Source: Thiotrichaceae bacterium UBA5859 (lineage in GTDB: Bacteria > Pseudomonadota > Gammaproteobacteria > UBA5859). Taken from it: DNA of 64,000 nt. The stretch spans positions 191,314 through 255,313 of the forward strand of contig DJFZ01000005.1 of assembly GCA_002432655.1 (NCBI GenBank), in the 5' to 3' direction. Of this stretch, positions 52,338 to 60,574 are shown piece by piece. Made by a program: the position numbers and the translations under genes. Within the stretch, counting starts at the first letter, position 1. The number at the start of each line of letters is the position of its first letter. The notes beneath the pieces were generated by a model. The model saw only the letters and a list, made by a program, of their open reading frames with translations. It searched no databases and was not told the DNA's origin.

Positions 52338-55300
52338 ACGCGATTATTCGATGGTTTGCTTATAATCGGGTTGCTGCAAATCTGATGATGGCGCTGATTT
52401 TGATATCAGGACTACTGGCTTTGCCAGAGATCAGAAAAGAAATCTTGCCAAATGTAGAAATGGACGCGATTTCTATAACAACCGCATTCCCTGGCGCCGC
52501 ACCCTCCGAAGTAGAAGAAGCAGTCTGTCAACGCATCGAATCCACCTTGTTGGGGATGAACGGTATAAAAAATTTGACCTCTCTTGCGGGTGAGGGAATT
52601 TGTCAGACCACAATCTCTGTTGATTATGGGGCAGATGTTCGAGAGTTGGTCGAAAACATTAAAGTATCCGTGAATGGCATCGGGACTTTTCCTAAAGAGG
52701 TGATAACTCCCTTAGTCAAGCAAATCAAAGTCTCTCCGTTGGTGGCAAAAGTGGTTGTTTCCGGTGACGTGGAAGATTCGGTACTAAAAACTGTTGCTGA
52801 AAAAGTAAAGGCAGACCTATTTGCATTGCCCGAAGTGACGCAAGTCACCTTCGACAACATAAAAAAAACCGAGATATCAATTGAAGTATCGGAAGCCGCC
52901 TTAGAACGTTATCGATTGAGTTTTGCTGAGATAGCAGCGCGAATCCGCGAATCTTCGGTGAATGTGCCTGGCGGCAGCATCAATACTGCGGCGGGAAAGG
53001 TTGCCGTGAGCATTCAGGGGCGACGTGCAAACGCCGAGCAATTTGAAAATATTGTCATTCGAGCGTTACCAGATGGTGCGCATATCAGATTGAAAGATGT
53101 TGCAACGGTAAAGGAGGGCTTCGCCGTGCAGCGTATTGAGGGACGATATAACGGACGTCCTGCCATCGCAATTAGTGCATTTCGTACTGGTAATCAAAGC
53201 ATCTTACAAATTGCTGACTCAATGCGTGAATATGTCAAACAACAAGCAGCGGGATTGCCAGAGGGGGTTTATTTAGACATTTGGCAAGATAATTCGAGTT
53301 ACTTAAAAAGCCGTATAGAGTTGATGTCAAAAAATGCCGTCGGTGGTTTTTTTCTGGTTTGGATAATATTGATGTTGTTTATGCGCTTTCAACTCTCTTT
53401 CTGGACGAGTTTGGGGATCCCGATTTCTTTTTTAGGGACCTTGTGGTTATTACCCTATTTTGGCGGTTCAATAAATATGGTCTCGCTATTTGCTTTTATT
53501 CTGGTGTTAGGCATTGTGGTTGATGATGCCATTATTGTAGGTGAGCAAGTTTATACCGAACATGGTCGAGGCAAGAGCGGAACGGAAGCGGCGATTATTG
53601 GCGCTCAAGAAGTTGCTAAGCCGGTTATTTACGCCGTCTGTACGACGATTTTGATTTTTTTACCGCTACTATTCTTACCCGGTCCCCAAGGTAAATTAAT
53701 GTATGCCATCCCCTTAGTCGTGACCATCACATTATTTTTCTCCTTGGTAGAGTCCTTACTCATTTTGCCGGCGCATTTATCCACGATCAAGCCCGAGAAG
53801 CATCAGACTATGGGGTGGTTTGCCAAAATGCATAAGTCATTTGACGATGGCATTGTGAGATTTATCGAGCGTTATTATAAGCCTCTACTTAATCGTGCTT
53901 TAGAACAAAGATACCTCACTTTGACCATGTTTGTGGGCATGATGTTTTTGAGCCTTTCCTTGATGATGGGGGGGTGGCTCAAAGTCAATTGGTTCCCATC
54001 AATCGAAGCAGATGTGGCTATTGCTAATTTGAGTTTTGCTAAGCAGACCCCTCACGAAGTAACAGCTGAAGCCCTACAGCGTGTGGAGCAGGCTGGTGTT
54101 GAGCTGAGGCAACAGTTGAAACGAGAAACTGGTGAAGATCAAATCACAAATTTGGTTACTATTATCGGTATCAAAGGTGAGAATACTGGTCGTATCGTAG
54201 TGGACTTGGCACCTTCAGAAGCACGTAAAGTGTCGGGGGAAGAAATCAGTAAACGTTGGCGGCAGCTGGTAGGAGAAATCCCTGGTGCAACCGAATTTAA
54301 GATCGAATCTACTTTAGACACCACCGGTCCTACATTGGACATTGAATTCATAGGCCAACATCTAGACGCTTTAGAGTTAGCAGCAAATTCGTTAAGGCGT
54401 CATTTGGAATCTTATCCCGCCGTATACGAAATTCGTGATTCGTTGCAAAGTTCCAAACAAGAGATTCAAATTGAACTAAAACCGCGTGCGCCCGAGTTGG
54501 GGCTTAGTGTCAATGATCTGGCCGTGCAGGTGCGTCAAGCCTTTTACGGGACTCAAGTGCAGACTGTGCACAGAGGCGAGGAGGAGGTAGATGTCATTGT
54601 TCGTTATCCGGAATCTTCTAGGGAATCTCTGTGGCATCTGGAGAATATGAACGTCATGTTGCGCTCAGGATCAGTAGTGCCACTCCATAGTGTTGCCGTA
54701 CTTTCGTATGGTGAGGGACCTTCTGAAATTAGGCGTAAAGATGGTGCCAGAACCGTCCGCGTGAGAGCCTATGTGGATCGTGATATGGATGGCTCTGATC
54801 TCGTGGAGTCGCAGATCAAAACAGAATTTTTAAATAAATTGGAGAATAATTTTCCAGGAGTCCGTTGGCAACCTTCTGGTGCTCAAAAGAATAAAGAGGA
54901 ATTTCTAAACTATTTATCGCGTAGTTATATACTGGCGTTATTGGCGATGTATATTTTAATGGCGGTGTTATTTCGATCTTATTCACAACCTTTGATGATC
55001 TTGTGGGCAGTACCATTTGGTGCAATTGGTGCGCTGCTTGGTCATCTTTTCGTTGGGATAGAGGTCACTTTGTGGTCATTGGTGGGTATATTTGCGGTCA
55101 GTGGCGTGGTTGTCAATGATAATTTGGTCTTGATTGACTTTATTAACAAAGATTTGGCGCGTGGCGCCAAACTGTTGGATGCCATTAGAGATGCAGGTGC
55201 GGATCGGTTTCGACCCATAGTCTTGACTTCAATTACCACTTTTGGTGGTTTGACTCCAATGATGTTGGAGCAAAGCCTGCAGGCAAAATTCATGATACCT

Positions 55301-55453
55301 ATGGCTGTTTCTTTAGCTTTCGGAGTAGTGTTTGCGACCTTTGTGAGTCTCTTTTTAGTACCGGCCACTTACCATATTTTAGATGATATTTTGCAACTTC
55401 TTGGGCGCTTTGGCTCTCGCTTAAGCGACATCAACTCAGTGAACGATCCCTAG
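52334..55453 (+). CDS. RND efflux transporter permease (second system)
   Basis: 1039 aa with a 12-TM RND layout. Its GTG start overlaps the MFP stop (GTGA). Confidence 0.92.
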   Translation: MNAIIRWFAYNRVAANLMMALILISGLLALPEIRKEILPNVEMDAISITTAFPGAAPSEVEEAVCQRIESTLLGMNGIKNLTSLAGEGICQTTISVDYGADVRELVENIKVSVNGIGTFPKEVITPLVKQIKVSPLVAKVVVSGDVEDSVLKTVAEKVKADLFALPEVTQVTFDNIKKTEISIEVSEAALERYRLSFAEIAARIRESSVNVPGGSINTAAGKVAVSIQGRRANAEQFENIVIRALPDGAHIRLKDVATVKEGFAVQRIEGRYNGRPAIAISAFRTGNQSILQIADSMREYVKQQAAGLPEGVYLDIWQDNSSYLKSRIELMSKNAVGGFFLVWIILMLFMRFQLSFWTSLGIPISFLGTLWLLPYFGGSINMVSLFAFILVLGIVVDDAIIVGEQVYTEHGRGKSGTEAAIIGAQEVAKPVIYAVCTTILIFLPLLFLPGPQGKLMYAIPLVVTITLFFSLVESLLILPAHLSTIKPEKHQTMGWFAKMHKSFDDGIVRFIERYYKPLLNRALEQRYLTLTMFVGMMFLSLSLMMGGWLKVNWFPSIEADVAIANLSFAKQTPHEVTAEALQRVEQAGVELRQQLKRETGEDQITNLVTIIGIKGENTGRIVVDLAPSEARKVSGEEISKRWRQLVGEIPGATEFKIESTLDTTGPTLDIEFIGQHLDALELAANSLRRHLESYPAVYEIRDSLQSSKQEIQIELKPRAPELGLSVNDLAVQVRQAFYGTQVQTVHRGEEEVDVIVRYPESSRESLWHLENMNVMLRSGSVVPLHSVAVLSYGEGPSEIRRKDGARTVRVRAYVDRDMDGSDLVESQIKTEFLNKLENNFPGVRWQPSGAQKNKEEFLNYLSRSYILALLAMYILMAVLFRSYSQPLMILWAVPFGAIGALLGHLFVGIEVTLWSLVGIFAVSGVVVNDNLVLIDFINKDLARGAKLLDAIRDAGADRFRPIVLTSITTFGGLTPMMLEQSLQAKFMIPMAVSLAFGVVFATFVSLFLVPATYHILDDILQLLGRFGSRLSDINSVNDP

Positions 55454-55473
55454 GCTGATTCTGTCATTTGAAT

Positions 55474-56271
55474 CTAGAACTTTACATGTAACGCGATGCC
55501 GACACCGCGCCCTATCTGGGTAGGTAGGAGTAACGGTTTCTTTTTTGAAACCTGATTGAAAACGGTGCGAGTGCTTAAATAAGCTAATGACCAACCGAAG
55601 AGTACTTGAGAGCCGTAGTGTTTATCTTCACTTATGCGTGCTAATCCGGGGATAGTAGAAGCGGTAAAATATGCGACGCGTAGCCAAGGCCGATGAGTCA
55701 TGTGAGCCAATGTTAACAACGGTAGTGCACCATAGAGTGCGTGACCACTGACGCCATTGTTATCCTCAAAAGGTTGCCAGCTGCTGGTCCCTTCTGTGGG
55801 GCGTCCAGCGCCCGTTAGCATTCCCAATACTAAGTGCTGAGGTGCCGCTAGGATAGCTGCTCTTAATGCTTGGTTCCCCCACTCGCCTAGATTTTTTGTG
55901 CCTAGCATTTGCAAATTCTCTGATAATAGATAAGCTCCTGCGTAGATCGGGAGTGCCACGAGAAGTTGACCTGCGTCACCGATTTCTGCGCCAAGTTCAA
56001 ATAATACTAATTGTCCACCGCCGTTGAGGTGTTGCTGGAACTGAGTTCTAAGTCCCGTATCCAAGTTACTGTGGGCCAATAAGGCGGCACCAATACTGAT
56101 ATTAGCCAGTTGAGATAAATTGTCTGACTGATAATAGGCTAAGTAATCTTGTTTGATTTGAGCTGAAAATTGCGGCCAGGCTTCGCCTGCAGCCTGATTG
56201 CTTACCAAATAAAGAGAGATTAGCAACCAGCCAATTGGGTGGTGAACTCTAATTTGCAATCGATGGGGCAA
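55474..56271 (-). CDS. PAP2-like (type 2 phosphatidic acid phosphatase superfamily) envelope protein; functional assignment is weak
   Basis: Ordered motif remnants: GAGRP (C1, lacking the upstream Lys), VSGH (C2, PSGH-like), ARISEDKHYGSQ (C3, SRx5Hx3D-like with Q in place of D). Hydrophobic N-terminus. The C-terminus ends in HVKF. Confidence 0.45.
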   Translation of the reverse strand: MPHRLQIRVHHPIGWLLISLYLVSNQAAGEAWPQFSAQIKQDYLAYYQSDNLSQLANISIGAALLAHSNLDTGLRTQFQQHLNGGGQLVLFELGAEIGDAGQLLVALPIYAGAYLLSENLQMLGTKNLGEWGNQALRAAILAAPQHLVLGMLTGAGRPTEGTSSWQPFEDNNGVSGHALYGALPLLTLAHMTHRPWLRVAYFTASTIPGLARISEDKHYGSQVLFGWSLAYLSTRTVFNQVSKKKPLLLPTQIGRGVGIALHVKF

Positions 56272-56388
56272 GTCCGTATCCCTAAGAAATCTACCTCTCT
56301 AATTTTTAGCGTTGTCACGACAATTTTTATTAGGGTATGTCCTTAGTTGAGGACGGCTATTTTTTTTAACTCTGTAGACAGGAATAGA

Positions 56389-56439
56389 TGCACTAAAATG
56401 GCGCGAAAGGGTGTCACTAGTTTGTACCCAAATAGTGCA
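56389..56439. promoter_or_regulatory. two NtrC-like palindromes upstream of amt
   Basis: TGCACTAAAATGGCGCG (56389-56405) and TGTACCCAAATAGTGCA (56423-56439), compared with TGCACC-N5-GGTGCA. I could not find a properly spaced sigma-54 promoter downstream. Confidence 0.3.
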
Positions 56440-56573
56440 ATTTCAGATGACCTTGGCTATGATGCTCTGCTGAAAGTCGGCAATAGATTGAAATAACAGA
56501 AGTTACTAATTGAGCTGCGCTGTTCGGTATGGACATCTCAATGGATGGTGCTTGGCGAAAACTGGGAGGAGAT

Positions 56574-57776
56574 ATGGAAGCGCTACAGTCTGGAACAGAT
56601 GTACTTTTTATTTTGCTAGGGGCAATTATGGTTCTTGCGATGCATTCCGGATTCGCTTTCTTAGAAGTGGGTACCGTTCGGCATAAGAATCAGGTCAATG
56701 CGTTGGCCAAAATTATGGCTGATTTTGCTGTATCCACAGTTGTTTATTTCTTCGTGGGCTATAGCGTTGCTTATGGGGTAGGCTTCATGGAGTCTGCAGA
56801 AGCCCTAAGTAAAAAAAATGGCTATGAGTTGGTGAAGTTCTTCTTCTTGCTCACCTTTGCTGCCGCCATCCCGGCCATTATTTCAGGAGGAATTGCTGAG
56901 CGTGCCAAATTTTATCCAAATCTGATTGCCACAGCGATTTTTGTGGGAGTGATCTACCCCATATTCGAGGGGATCAGTTGGAACGGATTATTTGGTATTC
57001 AAGGCTGGATCGAGGCGCGATTTGGCTTCCCTTTTCACGATTTTGCAGGTTCTATTGTAGTGCATGCAATGGGTGGATGGCTGGCGCTTGGTTGTGTGGT
57101 GATATTAGGTGCTCGTCGAGGCCGTTATACTAAATCGGGGGAAACCGTTGGAATTCCACCTTCTAGTATCCCGTTTTTGGCCCTAGGTTCCTGGATCCTG
57201 ACGGTGGGCTGGTTTGGATTTAACGTGATGTCTGCTCAAACAATTGAGTCTGTATCTGGTTTGGTCGCCATGAATTCGTTAATGGCTATGGTAGGGGGAA
57301 TTTTAGGCGCCCTAGTAGTGGGGAAAAATGATCCTGGATTTCTTCATAATGGGCCCTTGGCGGGTCTAGTAGCAGTCTGTGCCGGCTCTGATGTGATGCA
57401 TCCGGTGGGTGCTTTGGCGACAGGGTTAGTTGCGGGTGTGATTTTTGTGGTTACTTTTACGCTCACGCAAAATCGTTGGAAAATTGATGATGTGTTAGGT
57501 GTCTGGCCACTACACGGACTCTGCGGATTATGGGGGGGATTGGCCTGTGGGATTTTTGGTGCGACCGCTTTGGGCGGATTAGGAGGGGTGAGTCTCACCG
57601 CACAGCTAGTGGGTAGTACTCTGGGAATAGCTATTGCCCTGGCTGGTGGTTTTGCTATATATGGCGTGCTTAAGATTACTGTGGGGATCAGACTCACTGA
57701 AGAGGAAGAGTACCAGGGTGCCGATCTTAGCATTCATAAGATCGGCGCAAACCCAGAAGGAGATACTCAACCCTAG
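56574..57776 (+). CDS. amtB: ammonium transporter (Amt family)
   Basis: Start reassigned to ATG 56574, preceded by GGGAGGAG. About 11 TM segments. Amt signatures AFLEVG, FAGSIVVHAMGGW and GVWPLHGLCGLWGG. Confidence 0.93.
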   Translation: MEALQSGTDVLFILLGAIMVLAMHSGFAFLEVGTVRHKNQVNALAKIMADFAVSTVVYFFVGYSVAYGVGFMESAEALSKKNGYELVKFFFLLTFAAAIPAIISGGIAERAKFYPNLIATAIFVGVIYPIFEGISWNGLFGIQGWIEARFGFPFHDFAGSIVVHAMGGWLALGCVVILGARRGRYTKSGETVGIPPSSIPFLALGSWILTVGWFGFNVMSAQTIESVSGLVAMNSLMAMVGGILGALVVGKNDPGFLHNGPLAGLVAVCAGSDVMHPVGALATGLVAGVIFVVTFTLTQNRWKIDDVLGVWPLHGLCGLWGGLACGIFGATALGGLGGVSLTAQLVGSTLGIAIALAGGFAIYGVLKITVGIRLTEEEEYQGADLSIHKIGANPEGDTQP

Positions 57777-57996
57777 GCGTCTTACTTGCTATTTGGAGCC
57801 AAGGAGTGGTTTAGCAGAGCGATTCACCAAAATAGCAACATAAATGACGAATAATTGACGCATAAGCTAGAAGTAGTTTGTAGATGTGGCAGCAAGCTCA
57901 CCCACTCAGCTGAGTTTCTAGCTTGTTATTATGTTTGCCTAACGAGTATCACGCTTAAATGGTATCGGTTGATAGTCGGGGTGAGTTAATCGACAC

Positions 57997-58407
57997 TTAA
58001 AACTTCAATTTACCTCTTCCGGGACCGACTAGTCCACCGCCGCCAGGCGCACCCCCTAGTCCATCCATATCTCCTGCACCTGGAACGACTAACGAACTGG
58101 CTTGTTCGCGCTGCAATTCTCGTAGCTCTTCTACCGCTTGTTGTACCGCAATGTCTGCCGCTGCGCCAAATCCGGCAACAGCTTCTTGAAGAGATTTAGC
58201 ATTAATATCAAAACTTAAGGGCAGTGCGCCCATGGGAGTCATAAGTTGCGCTTGGCCAATGAATAGCACTTCTCGGGTATTATCCACATCGCCGTTTACG
58301 GTCAGGGGGGTCATCATTCGTATGCTACCGGTGCGACGATCACTAATGACTTCTTCTCGATATAGCTCGTTGGCATTCATGCTAATGTCCACTTTTTCTT
58401 CGGCCAT
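57997..58407 (-). CDS. hypothetical cytoplasmic protein with a Gly-rich C-terminal tail
   Basis: 136 aa. Strong SD (GAGGAG) 6 nt before the ATG. No TM segment or signal peptide. The tail reads GAGDMDGLGGAPGGGGLVGPGRGKLKF. Confidence 0.6.
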   Translation of the reverse strand: MAEEKVDISMNANELYREEVISDRRTGSIRMMTPLTVNGDVDNTREVLFIGQAQLMTPMGALPLSFDINAKSLQEAVAGFGAAADIAVQQAVEELRELQREQASSLVVPGAGDMDGLGGAPGGGGLVGPGRGKLKF

Positions 58408-58519
58408 GTTTTACTCCTCATATTCGATCAATTTCCAATATAGCGCGCAGGGTACGGGATCTTGCGCGTGAGTGCCAGTCGCAGCAGCATGAAATCCGGT
58501 TCTGTTTGTTATTTTTCCT

Positions 58520-59349
58520 ATTTTTGGGGGCATTTGGAAAATCGCTGTGAAAGGAATGCTTGCAGATCAGTTCTTAGGGTAGCATAGGTCAGAAGAGTAT
58601 AAAGACCCGTTGGAATCATATTGGGTCACCAGCGATATAGGCGTGTACTCTGACCCACCATTTGTTGTTGGCAAACTGAGATCTGAGCGCAGGTAAAAGA
58701 TCGTTGTTTGCACTGTCTACCGACCCAAAAAGTCTTCTTGAAGTAGCAAGGGTGGAAGGCATCTAAAATCAGCAATAGGCGATGATTGTTGGGTTGTCTA
58801 GTTCATGATTAGTCAGGGGATAAATTTGGTGACATTATTCAAAATTTTGAATCGAAATTTATGTGTTGTCGATGCAGATTCTATGTAAGAGTGATTCACT
58901 GGTTCAGGTGCTACATAGAAAATTTCTTTTTTTGCTGATGATAAGTATCAATGGGGCATAGAACATTAAGCCAGTGGTTCACAGCGCCTAAAAGGGAGTC
59001 GAAGTGCATTCCGTTTACCAAAAAATTAGAACAACGATTGCATATGTAGCACCAGCTCTTCGATTGTCCGATGGATCGAATAATTGAGTGAATTGCGAAG
59101 GTTTTCGGGAGAAAAATAATTTACTGCTGCAATTTTAACCAGGAGATTGATGCGCTGTTTCTATCCACCGAATGGAAGCACTCCAATATTTAGTTGCTAG
59201 CCCTTAAGCTTCGTATTTCTTGATTTTTCTCGACAAATCGTTGGGGGAGATCTATCTATCAACTCCGCAATCTTTCTTTGGGTATGTCCTGCTTTCATTA
59301 GCGAGTAAATCTAGTATCGTTCATTCTTAGTCAGTTGGTTATAGTTCAT
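58520..59349 (-). pseudogene. decayed IS30-family transposase gene
   Basis: The reverse strand from 59349 reads MNYNQLTKNERY*IYSLMKAGHTQRKIAELIDRSPPTICREKSRN. This is the IS30-type N-terminal HTH pattern (ERYQIY.L.KAGH.Q..IA......STI.RE..RN), broken by a TAG at 59311-59313. Further stops and frameshifts follow. Faint WSPE-like, HW-like and NGL...TDL-like remnants lie downstream. The lower boundary is approximate. Confidence 0.55.
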
Positions 59350-59594
59350 AAGTGCTTCATCTCTTGGTTGGGAGACGCCAGGCTTTACCAGCCGACTTCT
59401 CTTTTGCCAATTGTACCTACTATCCGAAACCGCTAATATTAAGTTGCATTGCTTTTTTACGTCTACTATTCAATAAATATTGAGCCACCTAGCAATAGAG
59501 ATAGCATACGAGAATCTTAGTTAAAGTGAGCGAACAGGTTGCAACAAGATTAGCAGCGTTGTCTTCTAATGCTATGCCTTTTTTTAACAGGTCC

Positions 59595-60293
59595 CTAGTT
59601 AGATGTCACTTCAGATTCGAAATCCCGATTTGATAGTTCGTTTATGTTGATATCGCTAATCGATCCAAGCTTACCTCCGTATACCTCTGCATAAGCCCTT
59701 GCCATTTCTTCCCTGGGGAAGTCAGCGAAATCTCCTCGATCTTTCAGATATTCCATGTGTTTATTGCCAGCATTATCCAGAGGATGAAATAGGGAGTCAC
59801 AAGTGCCATCGAATTCCAATGGTTTTACGTTGGCTTTTTCGCATAGACTTAAGTTAAAGGCGGGAGTGCATTTTACCCACTTGTTATTAAGAAAAAACCC
59901 AGTGTTGCCATGAAACGCAAATATATCGGTTTGCATCAATTGTTTTAATTTGGGAGAAGTTAAATGATTGCGGACGTCCGCGAAACCAAGACGGGTGGGG
60001 ATCCCCATCGCCCGGCCCACCGCTGCCAAGAGGATGGCTTTAGGTACACAATACCCTTCTTTATTAGCCAACACATAGCTTGCTTTAAAAGTATCGTCAC
60101 CGCCTGAAAACGCGTATGGATTATAACGAATATCATCCCGTACAGCGTAGTAAAGTCTAATAGCTTGAGTGACTTGATTTGTCACTGATCCAACGACATG
60201 GCGTGCGTATTCGATGATATCTGGATTGTCAGAATCTATATAGTTTGTTGATTTTAAGTAAAGATCTAACGTTTGTTCTTTCATGATGGTCAC
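59595..60293 (-). CDS. transglutaminase-like cysteine protease-fold protein (cytoplasmic)
   Basis: Core motif EGYCVPKAILLAAVGRAMGIPTRLGF carries the catalytic-Cys context, followed by FAFHGN (His). No signal peptide. GTG start, with an alternative ATG at 60284. Confidence 0.75.
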   Translation of the reverse strand: MTIMKEQTLDLYLKSTNYIDSDNPDIIEYARHVVGSVTNQVTQAIRLYYAVRDDIRYNPYAFSGGDDTFKASYVLANKEGYCVPKAILLAAVGRAMGIPTRLGFADVRNHLTSPKLKQLMQTDIFAFHGNTGFFLNNKWVKCTPAFNLSLCEKANVKPLEFDGTCDSLFHPLDNAGNKHMEYLKDRGDFADFPREEMARAYAEVYGGKLGSISDININELSNRDFESEVTSN

Positions 60294-60484
60294 AACTTTA
60301 TACAGATTATCTTTAATAGTTTTTAATTATGTTATGACAGTCAAGTTACCGGAGAACGGTGTCAGTTACAAGTTTTCAGTAAACCTCAATTATTTTTAGG
60401 GGGATCTTGCAGTCCACGGTTTTGCCGGTTTGAATATAGGGCAAAACTGATGTAAGTATTTACAATGACATTAAAGGAGCCAAC

Positions 60485-60574
60485 ATGATTGGCTTTAAAG
60501 CCCTAAGAGTGACCTTGTGGTCAATCTCCTTTGGGTTACGTCAAACTAAAAAACTATATTCACTGCTGCACTGA
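60485..60574 (+). CDS. candidate 29-aa small protein
   Basis: AAGGAG at 60474-60479 lies 5 nt before ATG 60485. The product is MIGFKALRVTLWSISFGLRQTKKLYSLLH. Its 3' end overlaps the convergent barrel gene by 29 nt. Support is sequence context only. Confidence 0.3.
   Translation: MIGFKALRVTLWSISFGLRQTKKLYSLLH

Noticed and set aside
46033-55453. Reading the PPTase/thioesterase/RND region as the visible border of an NRPS or PKS cluster.
   Set aside because: Both flanks are visible in the window: an EEP protein and the lipoprotein upstream, and a PAP2-like protein and amt downstream. Neither flank contains a megasynthase, so the cluster-border explanation does not hold within this window. It is reported instead as an orphan arrangement.
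56449-56470. Sigma-54 (-24/-12) promoter for amt (TTGGCTATGATGCTCTGC).
   Set aside because: The GG and GC elements are about 3 nt too close compared with TGGCAC-N5-TTGC. Spacing is critical for RpoN promoters.
57864-57924. Nested inverted repeats between the convergent amt and 136-aa genes. These are AAGCTAGAA...TTCTAGCTT enclosing the 12-bp palindrome ACTCAGCTGAGT, with an alternative CAAGCT/AGCTTG pairing.
   Set aside because: The simplest reading is a shared bidirectional terminator region. The repeats have no further distinguishing features.
57997-58100. Encapsulin-type cargo-loading peptide at the C-terminus of the 136-aa protein.
   Set aside because: The tail (LVGPGRGKLKF) does not fit the known G-S-L-x-I-G-S-L-K type consensus, and there is no encapsulin shell gene nearby.
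59595-60293. LapG-type periplasmic transglutaminase-like protease (BTLCP) controlling an adhesin.
   Set aside because: The protein has no signal peptide, and there are no LapD-like, LapA-like or type I secretion genes in the neighbourhood.
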